DNA of 64,000 nt. Source: Eledone cirrhosa. Lineage: Eukaryota. This document shows, one piece after another, positions 1-13,400 of the stretch. A model generated the notes under the pieces. That model saw only the letters and a list, made by a program, of their open reading frames with translations. It was not told the origin of the DNA and ran no database searches. The position numbers and the translations under genes are program-made. The stretch spans positions 351,912,001 through 351,976,000 of the forward strand of contig OZ024743.1 in the NCBI GenBank assembly GCA_964016885.1, read 5' to 3'. Numbering within the stretch: position 1 is the first letter of the stretch; each line of letters begins with the position of its first letter.

Positions 1-1471
1 GGTTACTCAGCCGTTAATATGCATAAGGTATGTATATACGTTAAACAATCTGGCAGGAAGGTATACGTTGCTGACGATAGCTAACAAGCTTGAAACAAGT
101 ACATCGTTCCTTTGTCAGTGTTGAACAAACGAGCAACGGTGGTTGCTAGACACTACGGCTTAACACGGGACGTTTGTTTACGAACACACCGAGCATTATA
201 ATAAATGTTCGGTGAATCCATACGTGCATATACATATGTGTGCATGAATGTATTTATACATACTACTATACGTCTGTATACATATAAGTATGTACGTGTA
301 CATACTTATATTTAATTAACAGCCGTACTAAGAGTGGGAAATGACATATCGTTTCATTTTTTCCGTTTATCGTTTTCGGTACACCCGCCCGATTAACCCA
401 CTCGATATGCAAATTGGGCTACTCAGCCGTTAATAATCATAAGGTAAGTATATACGTTCAATAATCTGGCAGGAAGGTATACGTTGCTGACGATTCCTAA
501 CAAGCTTGAAACAAGTACAGCGTACCTTTGTCAGTGTTGAACAAACGAGCAACGATGGTTGCTAGACACTACGGCTGAATACGGGATGTTTGTTTACAAA
601 GACACCGAGCATTATAATAAATTTTCGGTGAATCCACACGTACATATATATATGTGTGCATGTATGTATATATATATACATACTACTCTACGCCTGTATA
701 CATATATGTATGTACGTGTACATACTTATATTTAAGTAACAGCCCTACTAAGAGTGGGAAATGAAATATCGTCTCATTTTTTCTGTTTATCGTTTTCGGT
801 GCACCCGGCCGATTAACCCACTTGATATGCAAACTGGGCTACTCAGCCGTTAATATGCATAAGGTATGTATATACGTTAAACAATCTGGAAGGAAGGTAT
901 ACGTTGCTGACGATAGCTAACAAGCTTGAAACAAGTACATCGTTCCTTTGTCAGTGTTGAACAAACGAGCAACGGTGGTTGCTAGACACTACGGCTTAAC
1001 ACGGGACGTTTGTTTACAAACACACCGAGCATTATAATAAATGTTCGGTGAATCCATACATGCATATACATATGTGTGCATGAATGTATATATACATACA
1101 TACTACTGTACGTCTGTATACATATAAGTATGTACGTGTACATACTTATATTTAATTAACAGCCGTACTAAGAGTGGGAAATGAAATATCGTTTCATTTT
1201 TTCCGTTTATCGTTTTCGGTGCACCCGGCCGATTAACCCACTCGGTATGCAAATTGGGCTACTCAGCCGTTAATATGCATACAGTAATATATACGTTCAA
1301 CAATCTGGCCGGAAAGTATACGTTGCTGACGATAGCTAACAAGCTTGAAACTAGTACAGCGTTCCTTTGTCAGTGTTGAACAAACGAGCAACGGTGGTTG
1401 ATAGACACTACGGCTTAATACAGGATGTTTCTTTACAAATACACCGAGCATTCTAATAAATGTTCGGCGAA

Positions 1472-4400
1472 TCCATATCTACATATATATATGTGTGCAT
1501 GTATGTATATATATATATACATACTACTATACGTCTGTATACATATATGTATGTACGTGTACATACTTATATTTAAGTAACAGCCGTACTAAGAGTGGGA
1601 AATGAAATATCGTCTCATTTTTTCAGTTTATCGTTTTCGGTGCACCCGGCCGATTAACCCACTCGATATGCAAATTGGACTACTCAGCCGTTAATATGCA
1701 TAAGATAAGTATATACGTTCAACAATCTGGCAGGAATGTATACGTTGCTGACGATAGCTAACAAGCATGAATCTAGTACAGCGTTCCTTTGTCAGTGTTG
1801 AACAAACGAGCAACGGTGGTTGCTAGACACTACGGCTTAATACGGGATGTTTGTTTACAAACACACCGAGCATTATAATAAATATTCGGTGAATCCACAC
1901 GTACATTTATATATGTGTGCATGTATGTATATATATATACATACTACTGTACGTCTGTATACATATATGTATGTACGTGTACATACTTATATTTAAGTAA
2001 CGGCCGTACTAAGAGTGGGAAATGAAATATCGTTTCATTTTTTCCGTTTATCGTTTTCGGCGCACCCGGCCGATTAACCCACTTGATATGCAAATTGGGC
2101 TACTCAGCCGTTAATATGCATAGGGTATGTATATACGTTAAACAATCTGGCAGTAAGGTATACGTTGCTGACGATAGCTAACAAGCTTGAAACAAGTACA
2201 TCGTTCCTTTGTCAGTGTTGAACAAACGAGCAACGGTGGTTGCTAGACACTACGGCTTAACACGGGATGTTTGTTTACGAACACACCGAGCATTATAATA
2301 AATGTTCGGTGAATCCATACGTGCATATATATATGTGTGCATGAATGTATATATATATATACATACTACTATACGTCTGTATACATATATGTATGTACGT
2401 GTACATACTTATATTTAATTAACAGCCGTACTAAGAGTGGCAAATGAAATATCGTTTAATTTTTTCCGTTTATCGTTTTCGGTGCACCCGCCCGATTAAC
2501 CCACTCGATATGCAAATTGGGCTAGTCAGCCGTTAATAATCATAAGGTAAGTATATACGTTCAATAATCTGGCAGGAAGCTATACGTTGCTGACGATAGC
2601 TAATAAGCTTGAAACTAGTACAGCGTTCCTTTGTCAGTGTTGAACAAACGAGCAACGGTGGTTGCTAGACACTACGTCTTCATACGGCATGTTTGTTTAC
2701 AAACACACCGAGCATTATAATAAATGTCCGTTGAATCAATACGTGCATATATATATGTGTGCATGTATATATATATATATACATACTACTGTAAGTCTGT
2801 ATACATATATGTATGTACGTGTACATACTTATATTTAAGTAACAGCCGTAATAAAGGTGGGAAATGAAATATCGTTTCATTTTTTCTGTTTATCGTTTTC
2901 GGCGCACCCGGCCGATTAACCCACTTGATATGCAAATTGGGCTACTCAGCCGTTAATATGCATAGGGTATGTATATACGTTAAACAATCTGGCAGGAAGG
3001 TATACGTTGCTGACGATAGCTAACAAGCTTGAAACAAGTACATCGTTCCTTTGTCAGTGTTGAACAAACGAGCAACGGTGGTTGCTAGACACTACGGCTT
3101 AACACGGGATGTTTGTTTACGAACACACCGAGCATTATAATAAATGTTCGGTGAATCCATACGTGCATATATATATGTGTGCATGAATGTATATATATAT
3201 ATACATACTACTATACGTCTGTATACATATATGTATGTACGTGTACATACTTATATTTAATTAACAGCCGTACTAAGAGTGGGAAATGAAATATCGTTTC
3301 ATTTTTTCCGTTTATCGTTTTCGGTGCACCCGCCCGATTAACCCACTCGATATGCAAATTGGGCTACTCAGCCGTTAATAATCATAAGGTACGTATATAC
3401 GTTCAATAATCTGGCAGGAAGCTATACGTTGCTGACGATAGCTAATAAGCTTGAAACTAGTACAGCGTTCCTTTGTCAGTGTTGAACAAACGAGCAACGG
3501 TGGTTGCTAGACACTACGTCTTCATACGGCATGTTTGTTTACAAACACACCGAGCATTATAATAAATGTCCGTTGAATCCATACGTGCATATATATATGT
3601 GTGCATGTATGTATATATATATACATACTACTGTAAGTCTGTATACATATATGTATGTACGTGTACATACTTATATTTAAGTAACAGCCGTAATAAGAGT
3701 GGGAAATGAAATATCGTTTCATTTTTTCCATTTATCGTTTTCGGTGCACCCGGCCGATTAACCCACTCGATATGCAAATTGGGATACTCAGCCGTTAATA
3801 TACATAGGGTAATTATATACTTCAACAATCTGGCAGGAATGTATACGTTGCTGACGATAGCTAACAAGCATGAATCTAGTACAGCGTTCCTTTGTCAGTG
3901 TTGAACAAACGAGCAACGGTGGTTGCTAGACACTACGGCTTAATACGGGATGTTTGTTTACAAACACACCGAGCATTATAATAAATATTCGGTGAATCCA
4001 CACGTACATATATATATGTGTGCATGTATGTATATATATATACATACTACTGTACGTCTGTATACATATATGTATGTACGTGTACATACTTATATTTAAG
4101 TAACGGCCGTACTAAGAGTGGGAAATGAAATATCGTTTCATTTTTTCCGTTTATCTTTTTCGGCGCACCCGGCCGATTAACCCACTTGATATGCAAATTG
4201 GGCTACTCAGCCGTTAATATGCATAGGGTATGTATATACGTTAAACAATCTGGCAGGAAGTTATACGTTGCTGACGATAGCTAACAAGCTTGAAACAAGT
4301 ACATCGTTCCTTTGTCAGTGTTGAACAAACGAGCAACGGTGGTTGATAGACACTACGGCTTAACACGGGATGTTTGTTTACGAACACACCGAGCATTATA

Positions 4401-7400
4401 ATAAATGTTCGGTGAATCCATACGTGCATATATATATGTGTGCATGAATGTATATATATATATACATACTACTATACGTCTGTATACATATATGTATGTA
4501 CGTGTACATACTTATATTTAATTAACAGCCGTACTAAGAGTGGGAAATGCAATATCGTTTCATTTTTTCCGTTTATCGTTTTCGGTGCACCCGCCCGATT
4601 AACCCACTCGATATGCAAATTGGGCTACTCAGCCGTTAATAATCATAAGGTAAGTATATACGTTCAATAATCTGGCAGGAAGCTATACGTTGCTGACGAT
4701 AGCTAATAAGCTTGAAACTAGTACAGCGTTCCTTTGTCAGTGTTGAACAAACGAGCAACGGTGGTTGCTAGACACTACGTCTTCATACGGCATGTTTGTT
4801 TACAAACACACCGAGCATTATAATAAGTGTCCGTTGAATCCATACGTGCATATATATATGTGTGCATTTATGTATATATATATACATACTACTCTACGTC
4901 TGTATACATATATGTATGTACGTGTACATACTTATATTTAAGTAACAGCCGTTCTAAAAGTGGGAAATGAAATATCGTTTCATTTTTTCCGTTCATCGTT
5001 TTCGGTGCACCCGGCCGATTAACCTACTCGATATGCAAATTGGGCTACTCAGCCGTTAATATGCATAAGGTTTGTATATACGTTCAATAGTCTGGCAGGA
5101 AGGTATACGTTGCTGACGATAGCTAACAAGCATGAATCTAGTACAGCGTTCCTTTGTCAGTGTTGAACAAACGAGCAACGGTGGTTGCTAGACACTACGG
5201 CTTAATACGGGATGTTTGTTTACAAACCAACCGAGCATTATAATAAATATTCGGTGAATCCACACGTACATATATATATGTGTGCATGTATGTATATATA
5301 TATACATACTACTGTACGTCTGTATACATATATGTATGTACGTGTACATACTTATATTTAAGTAACAGCCGTACTAAGAGTGGGAAATGAAATATCGTTT
5401 CATTTTTTCCGTTTATCGTTTTCGGCGCACCCGGCCGATTAACCCACTTGATATGCAAATTGGGCTACTCAGCCGTTAATATGCATAAGGTATGTATATA
5501 CGTTAAACAATCTGGCAGGAAGGTATACGTTGCTGACGATAGCTAACAAGCTTGAAACAAGTACATCGTTCCTTTGTCAGTGTTGAACAAACGAGCAACG
5601 GTGGTTGCTAGACACTACGGCTTAACACGGGACGTTTGTTTACGAACACACCGAGCATTATAATAAATGTTCGGTGAATCCATACGTGCATATACATATG
5701 TGTGCATGAATGTATTTATACATACTACTATACGTCTGTATACATATAAGTATGTACGTGTACATACTTATATTTAATTAACAGCCGTACTAAGAGTGGG
5801 AAATGACATATCGTTTCATTTTTTCCGTTTATCGTTTTCGGTACACCCGCCCGATTAACCCACTCGATATGCAAATTGGGCTACTCAGCCGTTAATAATC
5901 ATAAGGTAAGTATATACGTTCAATAATCTGGCAGGAAGGTATACGTTGCTGACGATTCCTAACAAGCTTGAAACAAGTACAGCGTTCCTTTGTCAGTGTT
6001 GAACAAACGAGCAACGATGGTTGCTAGACACTACGGCTGAATACGGGATGTTTGTTTACAAAGACACCGAGCATTATAATAAATTTTCGGTGAATCCACA
6101 CGTACATATATATATGTGTGCATGTATGTATATATATATACATACTACTCTACGCCTGTATACATATATGTATGTACGTGTACATACTTATATTTAAGTA
6201 ACAGCCCTACTAAGAGTGGGAAATGAAATATCGTCTCATTTTTTCTGTTTATCGTTTTCGGTGCACCCGGCCGATTAACCCACTTGATATGCAAACTGGG
6301 CTACTCAGCCGTTAATATGCATAAGGTATGTATATACGTTAAACAATCTGGAAGGAAGGTATACGTTGCTGACGATAGCTAACAAGCTTGAAACAAGTAC
6401 ATCGTTCCTTTGTCAGTGTTGAACAAACGAGCAACGGTGGTTGCTAGACACTACGGCTTAACACGGGACGTTTGTTTACAAACACACCGAGCATTATAAT
6501 AAATGTTCGGTGAATCCATACATGCATATACATATGTGTGCATGAATGTATATATACATACATACTACTCTACGCCTGTATACATATATGTATGTACGTG
6601 TACATACTTATATTTAAGTAACAGCCCTACTAAGAGTGGGAAATGAAATATCGTTTCATTTTTTCCGTTTATCGTTTTCGGTGCACCCGGCCGATTAACC
6701 CACTCGGTATGCAAATTGGGCTACTCAGCCGTTAATATGCATACAGTAATATATACGTTCAACAATCTGGCCGGAAAGTATACGTTGCTGACGATAGCTA
6801 ACAAGCTTGAAACTAGTACAGCGTTCCTTTGTCAGTGTTGAACAAACGAGCAACGGTGGTTGATAGACACTACGGCTTAATACAGGATGTTTCTTTACAA
6901 ATACACCGAGCATTCTAATAAATGTTCGGCGAATCCATATCTACATATATATATGTGTGCATGTATGTATATATATATATACATACTACTATACGTCTGT
7001 ATACATATATGTATGTACGTGTACATACTTATATTTAAGTAACAGCCGTACTAAGAGTGGGAAATGAAATATCGTCTCATTTTTTCAGTTTATCGCTTTT
7101 GGCGCACCCGCCCGATTAACCCACTCGATATGCAAATTGGCCTACTCAGCCGTTAATATACATAAGGTAAGTATATACGTTCAACAATCTGGCACGAAGG
7201 TATACGTTGCTGACGATATCTAACAAGCTTGAAACTAGTACAGCGTTCCTTTGTCAGTGTTGAACAAACGAGCAACGGTGGTTGCTAGACACTACGGCCT
7301 AATACAGGATGTTTTTTTACAAACACACCGAGCATTCTAAAAAATGTTCGGTGAATCCATACGTGCATATATATATATGTGCATGTATGTATATACATAT

Positions 7401-10400
7401 ACATACAACTGTACGTCTGTATACATTTTTTTATGCACGTGTACATACTTATATTTAAGTAACAGCCGTACTAAGAGTGGGAAATGAAATATCGTTTCAT
7501 TTTTTCAGGTTATCGTTTTTGGTGTACGCGGCCGATTAACCCACTTAATATGCAAATTGGGCTACTCAGCCGTTAATATGCATAGGGTATGTATATATGT
7601 TCAACAATGTGTCAAGAAGGCATACGTTGCAGACGATAGCTAACAAGCTTTAAACTAGTACAGCGTTCCATTGTCAGTGTTGAACAAACGAGCAACGGTG
7701 GTTGCTAGACACTACGGCTTAATACGGGATGTTTGTTTACAAACACACCGAGCATTATAATAAATGTTCGGTGAATCCATACGTGCATATATATATGTGT
7801 GCATGTGTGTATATATATATATACATACAACTATACTTCTGTATACATATATGCAGGTACGTGTACATACTTATATTTAAGTAACAGCCGTACTAAGAGT
7901 GGGAAATGAAGTATCGTTTCATTTTTTCCATTTATCGTTTTCGGTGCACCCGGACGATTAACCCACTCGATATGCAAATTGGGCTACTCAGCCGTTAATA
8001 TGCATAAGGTAAGTATATACGTTCAACAATCCGGCCGGAAGGTATACGCTGCTGATGATAGCTAACAAGCTTGAAACTAGTACAGCGTTCCTTTGTCAGT
8101 GTTGAACAAACGAGCAACGGTGGTTGCTAGACACTACGGCTTAATACGGGATGTTAGTTTACAAATACACCGAGCATTCTAATAAATGTTCGGCGAATCC
8201 ATATCTACATATATATATGTGTGCATGTATGTATATATATATATACATACTACTATACGTCTGTATACATATATGTATGTACGTGTACATACTTATATTT
8301 AAGTAACAGCCGTACTAAGAGTGGGAAATGAAATATCGTCTCATTTTTTCCGTTTATCGTTTTCGGTGCACCCGCCCGATTAACCCACTCGATATGCAAA
8401 TTGGCCTACTCAGCCGTTAATATACATAAGGTAAGTATATACGTTCAACAATCTGGCACGAAGGTATACGTTGCTGACGATAGCTAACAAGCTTGAAACT
8501 AGTACAGCGTTCCTTTGTCAGTGTTGAACAAACGCGCAACGGTGGTTGCTAGACACTACGGCTTAATACGGGATGTTTGTTTACAAACACACCGAGCATT
8601 ATAATAAATGTTCGGTAAATCCATACGTGCATATATATATATGTGCATGTATGTATAAAGATATACATACAACTGTACGTCTGTATACATATATGTATGC
8701 ACGTGTACATACTTATATTTAAGTAACAGCCGTACTAAGGGAGGGAAATGAAATATCGTTTCATTTTTTCAGGTTATCGTTTTTGGTGCACGCGGCCGAT
8801 TAACCCATTTGATATGCAAATTGGGCTACTCAGCCGTTAATATGCATAACGTAAGTATATACGTTCAACAATCTGGCAGGAAGGTATACGCTGCTTACAA
8901 TAGCTAACAAGCTTTAAACTAGTACAGCGTTCCTTTGTCAGTGTTGAACAAACGAGCAACGGTGGTTGCTAGACACTACGGCTTAATACGGGATGTTTGT
9001 TTACAAACACACCGAGCATTATAATAAATGTTCGGTGAATCCATACGTGCATATATATATGTGTGCATGTGTGTATATAAATATATACATACTACTATAC
9101 GTCTGTATACATACATGCAGGTACGTGTACATACTTATATTTAAGTAACAGCCGTACTAAGTGTAGGAAATGAAATATCGTTTCATTTTTTCCATTTATC
9201 GTTTTCGGTGCACCCGGACGATTAACCCACTCGATATGCAAATTGGGCTACTCAGCCGTTAATATGCATAAGGTAAGTATGTACGTTCAACAATCTGGCA
9301 GGAAGGTATACGCTGCTGACAATAGCTAACAAGCTTGAAACTAGTACAGCGTTCCTTTGTCATTGTTGAACAAACGAGCAACGGTGGTTGCTAGACACTA
9401 CGGCTTAATACGGGATGTTTGTTTACAAACACACCGAGCATTATAATAAATGTTCGGTAAATCCATACGTGCATATATATATGTGTGCATTTATGTATAT
9501 ATACATACATACTACTGTACGTCTGTATACATATATGTATATACGTATACATACTGATATTTAAGTAACAGCCGTAATAAGAGTGGGAAATAAAGTATCG
9601 TTTCATTTTTTCCGTCTATCGTTTTCGGTGCACCCGGCCGATTAACCTACTCGATATGCAAATTGGGCTACTCAGCCGTTAATATGCATAAGGTAAGTAT
9701 ATACATTCAACAATCTGGCACGAAGGTATACGCTGCTGACAATAGCTAACAAGCTTGAAACTAGTACAGCGTTCCTTTGTCAGTGTTGAACAAACGCGCA
9801 ACGGTGGTTGCTAGACACTACGGCTTAATACGGGATGTTTGTTTACAAACACACCGAGCATTATGATAAATGTTCGGTGAATCCATACGTGCATATATAT
9901 ATATGTGCATGTATATATATATATATATACATACTACTGTACGTCTGTATACAGATATGTATGTACCTGTACATACTTATATTTAAGTAACAGCCGTACT
10001 AAAAGTGGGAAATGAAATATCGTTTCATTTTTTCCGGTTATCGTTTTCGGTGCACTCGGCCGATTAACCCACTCGATATGCAAATTGGGCTACTCAGCCG
10101 TTAATATGCATACAGTAATATATACGTTCAACATTCTGGCAGGAAGGTATACGTTGCAGACGATAGCTAACAAGCTTGAAACAAGTACATCGTTCCTTTG
10201 TCAGTGTTGAACAAACGAGCAACGGTGGTTGCTAGACACTACGGCTTAATACAGGATGTTTTTTTACAAACACACCGAGCATTCTAAAAAATGTTCGGTG
10301 AATCCATACGTACATATATATATGTGTGCATGTATGTATATATATATACATACTACTGTACGTCTGTATACATATATGTATGAACGTGTACATACTTATA

Positions 10401-13400
10401 TTTAAGTAACAGCCGTACTAAGAGTGGGAAATGAAATATCATTTCATTTTTTCCGTTTATCGTTTTCAGTGCACCCGCGCGATTAACCCACTCGATATGC
10501 AAATTGGGCTACTCAGCCGTTAATATGCATACGGTAATATATACGTTCAACAATCTGGCAGGAAGGTATACGTTGCTGATGATAGCTAACAAGCTTGAAA
10601 CTAGTACAGCGTTCCTTTGTCAGTGTTGAACAAACGAGCAACGGTGGTTGCTAGATACTACGGCTTAATACTGAATGTTTGTTTACAAACACATCGAGCA
10701 TTATAATAAATGTTCGGTGAATCCATACGTGCATATATATATGTGTGGATGTATGTATATATATATATACATACTACTATACGTCTGTATACATATATGT
10801 ATGTACGTGTACATACTTATATTTAAGTAACAGCCGTACTAAGTGTTGGAAATGAAATATCGTTTCATTTTTTCCGTTTATCGTTTTCGGTGCACCCGGC
10901 CGATTAACCCACTGGATATGCAAATTGGGCTACTCAGCCGTTAATATGCATACAGTAATATATACGTTCAACAATCTGGCAGGAAATTATACGTTGCTGA
11001 CGATAGCTAACAAGCTTGAAACTAGTACAGCGTTCCTTTGTCAGTGTTGAACAAACGAGCAACGGTGGTTGCTAGACACTACGGCTTAACACGGGATGTT
11101 TGTCTACAAATACACCGAGCATTATAATAAATGTTCGGTGAATCCATACGTGCATATATATATGTGTGCATGTTTGTATGTATACATACATACTACTGTA
11201 CGTCTGTATACATATATGTATGTAGGTGTACATACTTATATTTAAGTAACAGCCGTACTAAGAGTGGGAAATGAAATATCGTTTCATTTTTTCCGTTTAT
11301 CGTTTTCGGTGCACCCGGCCGATTAACCCACACGATATGCAAATTAGGCTACTCAGCCGTTAATATGCATAAGTTAAGTACATACGTTCAACAATCTGGC
11401 AGCAAGGTATACGTTGCTGACGATAGCTAACAAGCTTGAAACTAGTACGGCGTTCCTTTGTCAGTGTTGAACAAACGAGCAACGGTAGTTGCTAGACACT
11501 ACGGCTTAATACGGGATGTTTGTTTAGAAACACACCGAGCATTATAATAAATGTTCGGTGAATGCATACGCGCATATATATATATGTGTGTATGTATGTA
11601 TATATATATATACACAATACTATACGTCTGTATACATATATGTATTTACGTGTACATACTTATATTTAAGTAACAGCCGTACTAAGTGTTGGAAATGAAA
11701 TATCGTTTCAATTTTTCCGTTTATCGTTTTCAGTGCACCGGCACGATTAATCCAATCGATATGCAAATTGAGCTACTCAGCCGTTAATATGCATACGGTA
11801 ATATATATGTTCAACAATCTCGCAGGAAGGTATATGTTGCAGACGATAGCTAACAAGCTTGAAAGCAGTACAGCGTTCCTTTGTCAGTGTTGAACAAACG
11901 AGCAACGGTGGTTGCTACACACTACGGCTTAATACGGGATGTTTGTTTATAAACACACCGAGCATTATAATAAATGTTCGGTGAATGCATACGCGCATAT
12001 ATATATATGTGTGCATGTATGTATATATATATATACATACTACTATACGTCTGTATACATATATGTATTTACGTGTACATACTTATATTTAAGTAACAGC
12101 CGTACTAAGTGTTGGAAATGAAATATCGTTTCATTTTTTCCGTTTATCGTTTTCGGTGCACCCGCCCGATTAACCCACTCGATATGCAAATTGGGCTACT
12201 CAGCCGTTAATATGCATACGGTAATATTAATATACACGTTCAACAATCTGGCAGGAAGGTATACGTTGCTGATGATAGCTAACAAGCTTCAAACTAGTAC
12301 AGCGTTCCTTTGTCAGTGTTGAACAAACGAGCAACGGTGGTTGCTAGACACTACGGCTTAATACGGGATGTTTGTTTACAAACACACCGAGCATTATGAT
12401 AAATGTTCGGTGAATCCATACGTGCATATATATATGTGCATGTATGTATATATATATACATACTACTGTACGTCTGTATACAGATATGTATGTACGTGTA
12501 CGTACTTATATTTAAGTAACAGCCGTACTAAGAGTGGGAAATGAAATATCGTTTCATTTTTTCCGTTTATCGTTTTCAGTGCACGCGCCCGATTAACCCA
12601 CTCGATATGCAAATTGGCCTACTCAGCCGTTAATATACATAAGGTAAGTATATACGTTCAACAATCTGGCACGAAGGTATACGTTGCTGACGATAGCTAA
12701 CAAGCTTCAAACTAGTACAGCGTTCCTTTGTCAGTGTTGAACAAACGAGCAACGGTGGTTGCTAGACACTACGGGTTAACACGGGATGTTTGTCTACAAA
12801 CACACCGAGCATTATAATAAATGTTCGGTGAATCCATACGTGCATATATATATGTGTGCATGTATGTATATATACATACATACTACTGTACGTCTGTATA
12901 CATATATGTATGTACGTGTACATACTTATATTTAAGTAACAGCCGTACTAAGAGTGGGAAATGAAATATCGTTTCATTTTTTCCGTTTATCGTTCTCAGT
13001 GCACCCGCGCGATTAACCCACTCGATATGCAAATTGGGCTACTCAGCCGTTAATATGCATACGGTAATATATACGTTCAACAATCTGGCAGGAAGGTATA
13101 CGTTGCTGATGATAGCTAACAAGCTTCAAACTAGTACAGCGTTCCTTTGTCAGTGTTGAACAAACGAGCAACGGTGGTTGCTAGACACTACGGCTTAATA
13201 CGGGATGTTTGTTTACAAACACACCGAGCATTATGATAAATGTTCGGTGAATCCATACGTGAATATATATATATGTGCATGTATGTATATATATATACAT
13301 ACTACTGTACGTCTGTATACATATATGTATGTACGTGTATGTACTCATATTTAAGTAACCGCCCTACTAAGAGTGGGAAATGAAATATCGTTTCATTTTT

